64,000 nucleotides of DNA from positions 2,170,001-2,234,000 of the forward strand of contig OZ374559.1 in assembly GCA_977862235.1 (NCBI GenBank), read 5' to 3'. Within the stretch, counting starts at the first letter, position 1; each line of letters starts with the position of its first letter. Position numbers and translations under genes: made by a program. The notes under the pieces were generated by a model, which worked only from the letters and a program-made list of their open reading frames with translations, was not told the origin of the DNA and did not search any database. Positions 48,315-60,138 of this stretch are shown here, in pieces. This DNA comes from Dudresnaya verticillata (lineage: Eukaryota).

Positions 48315-51300
48315 TTAAGAGGTTGTGATTGTCCAAGTAGTAGAATCATCCATCACGTCTGCCTTCAACAAACCCAACAGCCTCTGAGAGAAACGGGGTG
48401 CTGCTGGCAAAAGGCATGTTATGGAATGGATGTTCGGGATAAGATGTGCGGTCTTCCTCCTTATGTAGTAGGAGAATACCGCCAGCTTTCTTTGCTCGGG
48501 AGAGGGCAAAGTATAGCTCCCCTGGAGATAAAAAGTTGGAACGCAGGTCCACGATCATTCTGCTTAAGGTCTGTCCTTGTGCCTTATTCACTGTAGCGTT
48601 GAAAGCCAGACGGATAGGGAATTGCCTTCTCGTAACGCGAAGTCCGTGAAATGCAAACTGAAAGTCTATGCGATGTAACGCAAATTATTCCAGGTCGCTT
48701 CCAGATTGACCCATCTTCGCAACGTAAATCATTCTGCGTGTATAGCGCTTGAAGACAAACATTGCTCCATTGACAATGTGAGGGTGAAGAACGTTTCTGA
48801 TATTCATGACCGGAACACCGAGCTTAATTTTTAGATCATGCGGCGAAACCCCTGTCGGCATTTACCGGTGCATCATTTTTCCACAATATTGTTGCTGATA
48901 GGGTTGGAACTGCTGCCTCTGCGTCGGACGGGAACAATGCTGGTTGATGACTTGAGTGAGAACATTGTTCCCGTGAATCGTTTCAAGCATTCCTCATTGT
49001 GCTCATCGACGAGCGCGTTGGTGAGACAGACAATCATGTGGTTCGGCTCCACATCTCTCGTATTTCAGGTTCTAGCCCACTTCCAAAGGCCTTTGTACGC
49101 TGATTTCATATCTACAGTGGGTGAAAGATGAAGCGGACGTGTGGCTGGGAACCTCCCAGTCATGATGGAAATCAACATTCTACTGAATCTCTGGTATTTT
49201 GCTTGACGGACCTGCTGAGTAACGCGGAGAGAATTCACACGGGGCCAAAGGGAGGAAGGCCATGGAAGTTCGTCCAAAAGTGATACGTTAACGTAGCGTG
49301 TAGTCCCCTGTTCATCTTCCTCCAGTCTCCTTTACGGCACGACGGGGAGAAGCTGAAGATAGTCTCCTGCAAACACGATACTCAAGCCTCTAAATAGCGG
49401 CTTGTCTGGTGCACATTCTGATCTACTCCTTCTACCCCCATCACCGGTCCTTGATGCCCCGGTCTCACTTTAGGGTCCTTCAGAATTGCTTCAACGTGCT
49501 GAAATAAATCTTCACGGTAACATGGTGTTGCACCATTGAGGCCTCATCAACAATGAGAAGCGCCATGTTTCGAAGCATCTCTGCTGTTTGCGAACGTGGC
49601 CTATACTTTGAAAGCTTCGCATGTCGCTCATAACTGTCTTTGTTATCTACTTCAAGACCAAGTAAGCTGTAGAGTGTGCGCCCCCGGAGTACAGTGATGC
49701 TGCAATACCTGTAGTTGCAGTAGTATCCACGTGAATTCCCTTGATCTGTGCCATGTCGAGAAGTAGAGAAAGAAGATAAGTCTTCCCTGTTCCAGCATGT
49801 CCTTGTAGGAATAATACGTTTCCTTCTGTCCCCTCGTGTGTCTTGATGACGCCGCTCGAGCGGTCGATCGATTAAGTTCTTCATGAGCCTGTCAAACACA
49901 TCCTTCTGCTGCGCGATTAAAGTACAGAACTTGTCCTCCAGGCGTATTCGAGTCCTCCTAGATGAAGAAGCTCGATTGATCTCGTTCTGTACCCTTTCAG
50001 TCTCCATGTATCGTTCCTGGGAACTGACGAAAGAACGGAATGAGGGGTGATGCCTTAGTAGATGCCCACCATGACGGCCAGATATCTCAATGAGTCTGCG
50101 GATAATCTCGGTCTTGTTCCTAGAAGTAGAGCCCAGGTTAATATCGGATATCAAATAGTCCATTTGCCTCTCTAACATTCTATTTGGATGCCCTCCCTGC
50201 TGTTAAAGTGTCTCTAGCATGAAGCGCAGGCTTCCAGGAGTTGAATGCATTCTCACTGATTCATCGAAGGACCGGTCAAGCTCATTTCCATCGTCATAGA
50301 GACCCATAGCCACTGCTGCATCGCGGAATGACTCGTATTTAGTCCTTAGAATTCTTTCCCATCTACGAAGAAGGAGAGAGCCCTGTGCATGACAATCACT
50401 CGGAGTGAAAAAAGCCCGATATTGGCTGGTGAAACGAAGCGGATGCGTGCTGCAGTGTCTTCATCGGAACCTATCCTACCACACATTGACTGGGACGCCC
50501 ATTTTCGCGTGTAATGTCACCACTCCGGGATTGAAGGCTTCTTGGAAGTGCCTTATAGCTCTTGAACTATTCCATGTAGTCGAGAAAGGTTTCGGACGTG
50601 TACTGCATCGGACGCTTGAAATACCGCAGTAGCGGTGAGTCTGACAACTGACGACGAAGATTCGGGTTACGAATGACAATGTTTCGTTCTCCTTCTAAGT
50701 GTATCTGACATGCAGAAACAGTAGGCTTCATCTTGACGTTCCTGAACTCGGGTAGGGGCCAGGCCGCCTCTACTGCACCCCTCACTTTCGCCCTCATGTG
50801 GAGTCCAATTTCATTGTGAATATTGTCCCTTGCGGGGTTTCTATATGTCCCGTCCCTTCCCTCTTCTGCTCCGGTTCTTACACCAATAGAGCGCACCTTG
50901 GGTGGCTATAATGTGTACTTAATGAGGTATGCGACCGCTCCGCCGCCTTGCGTGTGTTCTACATTGATATGACAACGGTAACTTCGAGTTAACTTAGCAT
51001 TGTAAGGTACAACTCGGAGATATTCCGCTTTCCTCCGCCGATACACAACGCGATTGCATGTCCCATAAATGTATGTGGAGGGAGTCACTAGGCTTTGATC
51101 GTACCCGAAGCGGCATCTTCTGTCCCGCGTACGGCCCCTACAGTATGGGGAGTGCCGATGCATGTTCAACTTCTTGACGAAAGCTCGGAGCTCCGGATCA
51201 TCTTCCTCAGTCGGAAATTCAGCACTGATCATGGCGTCAAATTCATCCAAATATTCCAGTAGTCCTCCGTTCAAGAATAACAACATGTGATTGTCTGGCG

Positions 51301-53630
51301 TGTTCCTTTCTTGGAATTCTAGCTTTGAATCTATACCGATATAACGTCGACCGAAGTATCTTGTGAGTTCTCTTGTATCTTCGTCATCACATCGTTTTGC
51401 AATTGCTTTTAAACGCTTTCAGTGAGATCTGGGAGGACGAAGACGCGGGGCTAGCTTCCGTGAGGCTGGAAGGTACTGCGGTGTTGAATGTCAAGGCCTA
51501 TCCGGCCCATCTCTTCCCTCCATGGGTTCATCGTAACAGTCACGAGAAGAGAAGGGATATACCTTCCTGCAACGATTGCCTGCAAGCCTAGTAACTTCCC
51601 CCGTCAGTTTAAAGGAGAGTTGATGTGGTTACCAGGGAGGAAGAGCCGGCCAGCACGGTATGTATTATCATCATCCAGCACAACTTCTTGCAGTTCTCTC
51701 TCCTCGACGATTCTTGCCGTTTTCTCTCGTTCAAGAAATCTAAGGCGCTGATCCTCTATGTTCGTAACGGTTCGAAGTAGCCAGACTTGGAAACGTGTCC
51801 CGCTGTCCTGAAGGATATTGTCTGAGTATAGTCGCCGCTTGATGTGGGTTGTCCGCATCAGGTTACGCACCTTCTTCTGGTTTCCCTCTGCTTCAGAGTC
51901 AGTATCAGAGTTATATCCTCTTGCTTGTAGGAACAGTGCTGGATGGAACGGGAAATGCTCATCTCATCACCACACGGGTATAGAAGCGGAAACACCGCCA
52001 CCTCTGCTAACTTGAATGCTGCATTTAACGTACGGTACTTGACAACATGTCTTTCACTGTCCGGTGCGCGACCTGTTGTGGTGTCTCGATGCACATCTGT
52101 GCTTCCGACTATCTGTACCATTGGCTTCTCGCTCCGGTACAACCCAGAAGGATCCATAGTGTAGCTGTGTAGATGCCTTGGTACTCCAGTTTGATCTTGC
52201 GGAAGCGGTCCCACTCCTCCCACGCCTTCTACGTCCCCAACCTGTCTCCCACGGTAGTTTTGTACTACTACACCGTCATTTTCAACTTGTTCATTCACTT
52301 CTACTGCATCAATAGGGATTGCAGGGCCATTTGAAGAGCTGCCGGCAGTAGCATGAGAAGATTGAGAAACCAATTAGCAGTAAGTCTCCCTTAGTATACG
52401 CGGTGAAGGTTTCAGACGATCATACAGAAGCGGGACGAGTCGACGAACATTTGCGTTGTTAACAGCATCCCGTATCAGCCTTGATCACTGATCCCGTTCC
52501 CTCAAACTTGGTACCTCGTCCGGCCCGAGGAAAGTATATCTTGCATCGCGCTTTGGTACAGCTAGGGCTGCGTTAGCGTACAATTTCATGAAAGAAGGCC
52601 CACCAACAGGCATGAACTTGAGGTCCATGAAGGATATACATGCACCGAAGAGAGCTAAGCTGTACAGACATAGTGCGGAAAGCTTGGAGCTTGTATACAT
52701 TTGCCAGCTGATCGGACTGCTGTATCCATCGGAACGTAACACCCCATCCAGAAGGGCAATTCTTTCCACAACAAGCACCATAAACGTCCTTTCCAAGGAC
52801 CAAACTTCCGCAGTACTTGCGGGTGCTTATAAAGAGCATCCATACTCCTAGAGAACAGCGTCGGGCAGTATGGCTTGGGGCTCCACAGTTGGAAAATCTT
52901 CGCCTCGTGTCTCGAGAAGTATTGAAATCCTCAGGAATGCTTCCGGATGCATTGCCATCCTCTAACCGTGGATCAAAGGCATGGTAGACATAATAAAGCC
53001 CGTTTCCAAACTTTCCTACTTCAGACATACAAGTGGCATTTAATGTCTCCGAAACGGGCTCTTCAGTGTTGTTCTCATAAACGTCGCTCACTGGACCATT
53101 TGTAACGTTATCGCCTTCCTCTAAGAGCGTTCCTTGATCCCGTTCAGGAACCTGAGTCCTTCGTGGCCTTCTACCTCCCGCACGAGATCGTCCAGCGTTT
53201 ATCCGAGCACCTCCGTAATTCGCACGGGCACCATCGGCGCTGCTGCGAGCCCCTCCATAGTTCGATCGCCTTCCTCCAGCATTGATTCGCGAGCCTCCTG
53301 GGTTTTGCCTTGCGCCTCCCGCCTTTTCTCTTTCCCCTCCCGCATTCTGACGCGCACCACCGGAATTCTGAGGAGCCCCTCCCGAATACTCTCGCGCTCC
53401 TCTGGTGTTATCGCGTCGACCACAAGAATTGCGCCTTGGGCCTCCTGGATTCGACCTCGTACCACCTGAATTGCGCCTGGCACCACCTGAATTTGCCCGT
53501 GCCCGCCAGAATTTTCTCGCGGCCCACCCGAGTTACGTCGCGGACCCCACGTACCACTTCCGTTCCCACTTGAAGTTGACCTCCTGCCTCCTCGCTTCGC
53601 TCTCACCCGCCCGTACGTGCGCGCAGACAA
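48315..53630 (-). pseudogene. Helitron Rep (HUH endonuclease) / PIF1 helicase, disrupted
   Basis: Rep: FPLLYPCG, VTVTMNP, EFQERNTPDNH, VVPYN, HINVE, YLIKY, GAVEAAW. PIF1: LIVDEASMV, FAGDYLQLLPVV, RRQFPIRLAF, NKAQGQTL, GELYFALSR. Confidence 0.92.
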
Positions 53631-56600
53631 CTTTAGCGGCTAAGACGCAAGCCGAGGTTTGGCAGTTACACGTCTTTGTTGTTCGCACCGGTAGCAGCCA
53701 GCAACTCGTGAGCTGCAAGCAAACTTTCAACTTCAGGAGTTCTGCTAGGGAGCGGGAACAAATAGCTTGGTTAGGTGTACGGCCACACCGCTCACCAAGC
53801 CTAAACCCCTGCGAGACACGGACGCGGCTCCCGACAAACCCCCACCCCGTTTTGACTCCGCCGTAGATGTGGGCTGGCCAGCAGGTGGACGCTCGCGGTA
53901 GCGCTGGCTGCACACGGCCTCCAAATCACCGAATTGCTCAACTCACAGAGCCTGTTCACTCGCATACTGCTGTGTCAGGCTGCCTCACGACGGGACTTCA
54001 TGGTTCACTCGAAGTTAGTCCTGAGAGCGGTCTCGCGTCGTCCTCAGCAGCCTGACGTCGCACGCTTCGCTTCGTGGGGGGCGAGTTACTGACCAACGCA
54101 GGGTGGCACTGGATATATGCACGCGCGTTCAGCGCAGCAACAGCAGGATGAAACAGCACCACTCCGCTCCTGTGCCTGCGGAGCACAACAGTGCCGCGCC
54201 ACCCACTGGGCCACTGCGTCAGAGATCGTGCGACACAAAACATTCGTACTGTGTGCCACAAAAGGTACGTACTGTATGCCACTTATAGATATAACACGCG
54301 CCTGAGTACCACACTGCACGTGCCTCTGCAAGCAGCTGTCAGAACGATACGCACGGCCGAATTGCTGGCACCACAAAAGCCTCCAGACGGTTGGCCCTGG
54401 GGGACAGCGCATGGGAGAAAAATAACAAAAACAACAAAAATAATCATTTGCCATAGGCGTCTCGCGAACGGCCAAGTGTCGCTCCGAACGGTCGGAGGGA
54501 AATCGTACTAGCACTACTCGCGAGGACGGGACGCTGGCCGTCTCGAACGGCCAACTACGTGACCCACGTCGGCCGCTACCACTAAGTCTCCGCAGAAATG
54601 CGCCGCCGCGCACAAGGGTACGCTACGCCGCACGCCGCTGGGCGCCAAGGAGGAAGAAGGAAACGTAATAACTACGCGGAAAAGGTCAACGTAAGAACGC
54701 GAGATTCTGGTGCGAGAACGTCGCAGACGAGAATAACCGCAGTTACGAGGTCCGTGCACGACACGTCGCGCCCGAGGTGGGGGAAACAGCCGCACCCTAT
54801 GAGCAACGAGCGTCGCCTCCGCGGCGAGGCCGTAGCGATCACGTTGTAACAGCGTAGAGGAAGAGCCAAGATGAAGGTCGCTGAGCAAAAACGCCGTCAG
54901 CGACTAACAGTCGGTGCCCCGTCGGGTGGCGCATGACGACGTTTCGCAACGCAAAACATCCCCACTTACCACGTCCAAGACGAGTGGACAATTCCTGCCG
55001 TCAGCGACGAGCCAGCTCCGCGACCCATGTTTCGCGGGCAGGACGCCGAGTGCGAATAAGGAGGTCGGCTATGCGCGTTGTCCCTAACGTCGAAGACGGG
55101 TCGAAGGGACTTCATAAGTCCGCACGTCTGACGACTCCAACTACGCAACGCCCATCTGCAACGTAATAACGGAGCAGTTAACGACGCCACGGGCGGCCAC
55201 TTCCCCTTTAACGTTATCGACGGCTCAATCAGAAACAACAACGCCGATGGCGGTTTACGACAATAACCCACGCGGGCCACCCTCTCAGTCGCGGATACGT
55301 CAAGATGGAACGACACGAAGAATACGACGCACGCGCGACATGCCCTCAACGTCTCGAACCCTCAAACGGGCGCCCGACCGCGAACGCAGGTTACGGCGCA
55401 AGGAGCGCAACTACAGAGGATCAGCAAAGCAAAACGCGAAAGTAACGGAAAGGTTTAATACGCATATGCGTTCGATAAAATCGCTTCTATTACTTATGCT
55501 AACTATGTGGCTACGGTAACGTCTCCGTATCCGTCGCTAGACGCTTACTTATTACCCGCTTGAGTCGCTCCGCGAGGAGCGACCAAGCCCATGAAACGCA
55601 CTCTCGCGTCCGCCAAGCCGTCGAAGACGAGAAGTCAATCGCTGAAGTCAATCGCTATCCTTAGCCGCCTTCGGCGGGTCTAAGTCTCCATCATCATCGC
55701 CTTCTACGGACTTGCGAACGGCCTCTTCGTAATCATCATCATCCGTCGGAGACGTAGGAGCTGGACCAGGCGACATGGCCGCGAGCCGCGAGGTGCCAGC
55801 CACCGTCGTTGCCTTGGTCACAGCCTCTACCTGCGCCTTTAAGGCCTAAGTTAGGCGAAATGATAGACTCGTTGGTCGCCTCGGCGTGCGGGTAACCGCT
55901 GTGGTCGCCGGAATCGGCGATCTTGAAGTATTTTCCGCCACCGGCGTCGAGCGCAACGCTATCGCCTTAGGCGTCAACAGGACATCTTTGTCCTTCGCCC
56001 CAGGCGTCTTCGGAATGTCAACCGCTTTCAGCGCGGGTTGCGTAATGATCGCCTTAGGCGCTACGGGAACTTCCGCCGTCGATGACGTTGGGACAACTTT
56101 GCTCGCCATAGGCGCTTCGTCATTAGTGTAGTATCTCGAACGGCACCACCGCGTGCGGCAGCCGGGCGAGACCCCAAGAGGACCCAAAAAGACCTGTCGG
56201 ATTTCGTGGTAGAACGGCCGAACGTAGAACGGACCTGCGCACCGGTAGCAAATGTGGTAGAGCGGGAGCGCGCAGACGAAGTCGCGGCCAAAAACCTGGA
56301 TGAGCAGCGGAAAATGGCCGAGTTGGGAAAAAGGTTGCAAAACTTTACTCCCAACCTCTGGCGGGACAGCTTCGTGCCTATTCTGGCCGAGCCGTGGTCT
56401 GTGACCGTCTAAGTAGGCCCAAAATCGGCCACTAGAGCTAATCTAGAGCTATTCTACAGTTAGTGGCCGAGGCTACTCCCCGTCGGCCATAATATGTACT
56501 TGTGTACCGGCGTAGGGCCAATGTTGTACCCTTACCAGTCTAAACCAAGTACTTGTTCGTTAGTGGTTGGCCAAATGAGTTAGATTTTCCCTTGATTTTT

Positions 56601-56879
56601 CCACTGTCTTCTGCTTGATTTCACCTGCGGCCAAATCCAATTTCCTTTCCGCACCTGCTTCCAAATCCGATCACACCAACCATACGTGTACAGCGAGCCA
56701 CGTGGTGCGCTTGGGTGTTATAGGTGGCCACGTGTGACACACGTGTACACCTGTTGGACACGTGTGCCTCTTGCGCATGTTAACCGGCGTCCACTCGGCC
56801 GCACTGTCGTCGGTTGGCCAAACGTATCTTTCTGATTGGGCTGCCTGTCCCACTTGGCCCGGCCGGTTACGCCCGCTTT

Positions 56880-58400
56880 GGAGGCCCCTTGGCGTTGCAA
56901 CACAATTAGAAGGCATCGTGGTAGACGAAGATCCCACGGCGGTCGCGCCAATCGGCGTCGCAACCGGCAGAGCCGCTGGCTGCCGCGCGAGCGTTGCCGC
57001 CGGAGCCGGAACCGTCGCCAAGACGTGAGCCCACCAATCCGAGGGCGAGCCACTCGGGTCGCTAGGCTCGACGCCTGCGGCCCGCAGGAGCGAAAGGGCG
57101 ACATCGCAATGCGCGGAACTCCACGTCGGCACGGCCGAAGGAACTGCATCACCGTCTTGTACGTTCGGAGTAGAGGAGGGCGCTGGTGCTGTGATCGCCG
57201 GTGCTTGCACCGGGGCAACCATCGCAGCGTCACCATCCTCGTCAGCAACGGACTAATTCCCTTCGTTGGGAACAACCGCCACTGGCGTATGAGAGGGCCC
57301 AGCCGAAGTCGCCACGTCCTACGCCGAAAGCGGTTCTACAGCAGGATCTGTCGGCTCAACCGCCATAGGCGTCGCGAAGCCCGTCACAGACGTGTACGAC
57401 CCTACGCTTGTAGCGTGAAAGGCGTCCTCCTCGCCGTTGGGATGGCCAAGTGCGGAGGAAAATCTCCGACAAAGTCGCACGATGGCAGCAGCCCACGAGG
57501 GTGACCCGACGGCAGAAACCGGTCAGTTCGTCGATGACGTTCAGCAATGCTTTCCGTCGTTCGACGTTTGGTCCAAGGATTGTACCAAGTCCAGTCGCCA
57601 CAGGCGTGATGTTTGCGGCTCATCGCGAAGCGCGGACGATTCGCCTTCCGGCGGCTGTTTTCCAGAGGGACGACCGCGGGGTTATCCCAGTCGATCTCAC
57701 TCGCCACTTGGCGTAAGTCCCAGAATTACCGGAGGTTCCGCTGACCGCCGAGCGTCTCGGTGAGGTCCAAATCGTTGAAAAACGCTACGATACGTGGTGA
57801 GAGGTAGTACATCCGGAGTAATGTGCGTCAACGGCAATTATGTCAGACGGTAACCATAACCGGCCTCGCCGTGTGTTCGGAAAAACGTCGCATCCAGCCC
57901 CAACCACAACGGGACCGAGGCGGTTTCCGGGAATCTTGAGAAACGGCCATATACGTCGGCGACGAAAAGGGCGTGCGCATCTTCCCGCGACTGGCCCGGG
58001 TGCGCATGCACCCACTCTTTCGGAACCGCGCAACTCGTTCGCCACTCCGTCGAATAGACGACAGCCAGGGGGAGTTCCCCTACGACATGTTGCCGATGGC
58101 GTACTGCGCAATTAGCGCTTCGTTCCCCAACGCCGCCGGGTCGAACCACGGCGCCCTCGCAAAGAGGCGCGCGTGGTTACGCGGGCTCTTTCCGACAAAG
58201 TCGTGCAGTGACGGGTATACCGGCATCGAAGAAGGGGGCGGAATCTGCGCCCCATTGTACTGCGGCATATCGTCAACGACGGGAACTTATGCACACGTCA
58301 CTGACGGCAGGGGACTCAACGTCCAGCGAAACAACGTCGCCGACGAGGGAATAACACGCCCGCCTTGGATGAGACTCGCCGAACGTCAACGACGGAAGCG
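56880..58400 (-). pseudogene. Decayed ORF of unknown function, probably retroelement-associated
   Basis: Trp/Pro-rich minus-strand pieces (58080..58268, 57838..58149, 57402..57707, 56671..57222) can be chained across stops and shifts, next to an LTR-like repeat. Confidence 0.35.
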
Positions 58401-58699
58401 AACGGCCGCCTGGCAACACTGTCACACACGTAACGGGTGGAGAATACGCTGAAAGTGGAACGAACGCTTCGGAAGAGGATGACTGGTCGCAAGGCAGCAA
58501 CGCCGAGAGGAAGCACACGCTACAAGCGGATTCGCTGCCGACGCCGAGACCGTGCTGCTGTTGAAGGTTGAGTGGTGCGACTGGGTCGATGGATGTGTTC
58601 GCGTCTAAGCGGGGACTCGTGTGGCGCACCGGGGCCGGGCTCTTATTTCCTCGCCCTGGGCGTCAAGGGCTGCGTCAACCGACGGACGGTCGCCTGAAA

Positions 58700-59479
58700 C
58701 GGCTCACTAGCCGTTGGCGCGAACAAGTCATCGACGATTGGCCTACGGACGCGCGGGGGCCACGACCCCGCGCCGCGCTAGCCCGATGCACTGTACGACA
58801 CAACGCTGTAGAGCGGATCTGGATGAGGTATCGGGATCAACGAGGTGTGAGCATGTTGACTGTCCGTTTGGCCCGGATCCCGATTGAATCCGGATCCGAC
58901 ATCCGGATCGGACATCGGGATCCACTGTAACGGAAGCAACCTGTAATACGGTGCCAGTCGCGATCCGAATCCAGATCGCCTATACGCACCGCGAGAGCGC
59001 GCCTCTTTAAGACGCATGCGCCGGCGTACAGCGGCTGCATTGTCCCGGGACCTGTGAGACGCACCTTCACGCGACACGCGTCCGGGGTTCCCGCGCACTA
59101 TGTCATACAGCCGCCGCGCCGCGGCCCCATAGCATTCCTTAGGTACCTCGTCTAGGACGTAGCAGTAAAGCCACGGTAAGCCGGTTTGGGTCTGCAGAAC
59201 AGGGTGCGCGCTGTCGCGGAAGGGAAGTCCATGGACTTCCCTTCCGCGACAGCGCGCACCCTACCACTGCCCGGAACCATAAGCGTCTACCTATCCGTGT
59301 TACCACGTTCACACCGTTGCTAAAGTGTTTTCCTTTGGGTTTCCTCGCCCCTTTTCCCTCTCGCCTTGGGTGTTTACAGTCCGCCCTAGGCGTGTTCAAC
59401 CTGCTCTACCACGTTCGCCACCAGCGGCTAGCTACCCACCAGGCTCCCGAACAGCCGGGATGTGTTTTCCGTGCCTAGA
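58700..59479. repeat. LTR-like repeat related to 43564-44397
   Basis: Colinear shared blocks ending tttccgt..taga; left boundary approximate. Confidence 0.55.
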
Positions 59480-59745
59480 AGACCTTTGCACGATATTGCG
59501 CAGAGCGTCTATATGAAAGAGAACTCAGAAGCCGTCAGGTGCGGCCCATATGGAACGACAGCTGCCGTTTAGGCGGGTGTTTTCCTCTACAGGGTGCTTC
59601 GCCCTCCTTTTCTCGACAAGCTCTTCCGTCGCGGGTGGTATCTGTAGCAGAATGGATGCTGTCAGCAGAAGGGCTTACAGAAGCGCTCTCCTTCTTGCGG
59701 GACAGACTGTCCCTTAACTAGGAAAGCTGTCCTTTCATCGCTGTA

Positions 59746-59824
59746 CACGTGGATGACACGTGGATGACACATGGGTACACGTGGATGACACGTGGTACAC
59801 GTGCGGACACGTGGACGACACGTG
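59746..59824. promoter_or_regulatory. Array of eight G-box/E-box motifs
   Basis: CACGTG at 59746, 59757, 59778, 59789, 59798, 59808 and 59819; CACATG at 59768. A regulatory role is inferred. Confidence 0.55.
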
Positions 59825-60138
59825 GCGCCAACTGGACGCCTGGTATTGGCTGATTTACGACGCGCCGCTGCCCTCCTACTCACCAACGAAGAGCGCCTCT
59901 GCGCTCAGGGTATCGACAGTGCAGCCGAGACCCCGGCTTGCGCACCGGCGTATCCGCCACCAAGTCCCCGTACCGGGACGCATTCCCCTATTTACATTGT
60001 ACTGACTGTACTAATCTTCGTAACTATTATCACAGCCTAAATTAGACCCCCTTTCGGGCTGATAGACTTTTCGGCTGTCAAGCCCTACTTATGGGCGCCG
60101 GAATAGCCGGCGCCCTCAGAATAAACGCTCAGCGGAAT

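Larger units (their letters stand above)
47883..53867 (-). mobile_element. Helitron with tentative termini
   Basis: Contains the RepHel gene. Candidate 5' end A|TCTAC at 53867; candidate 3' hairpin at 47895-47915 followed by CTTG|T at 47883. Confidence 0.65.

Noticed and set aside
60093..60115. 9-bp-stem GC hairpin as a terminator or Helitron end
   Set aside because: No U-tract or well-placed CTRR, and bacterial terminators are not expected here.
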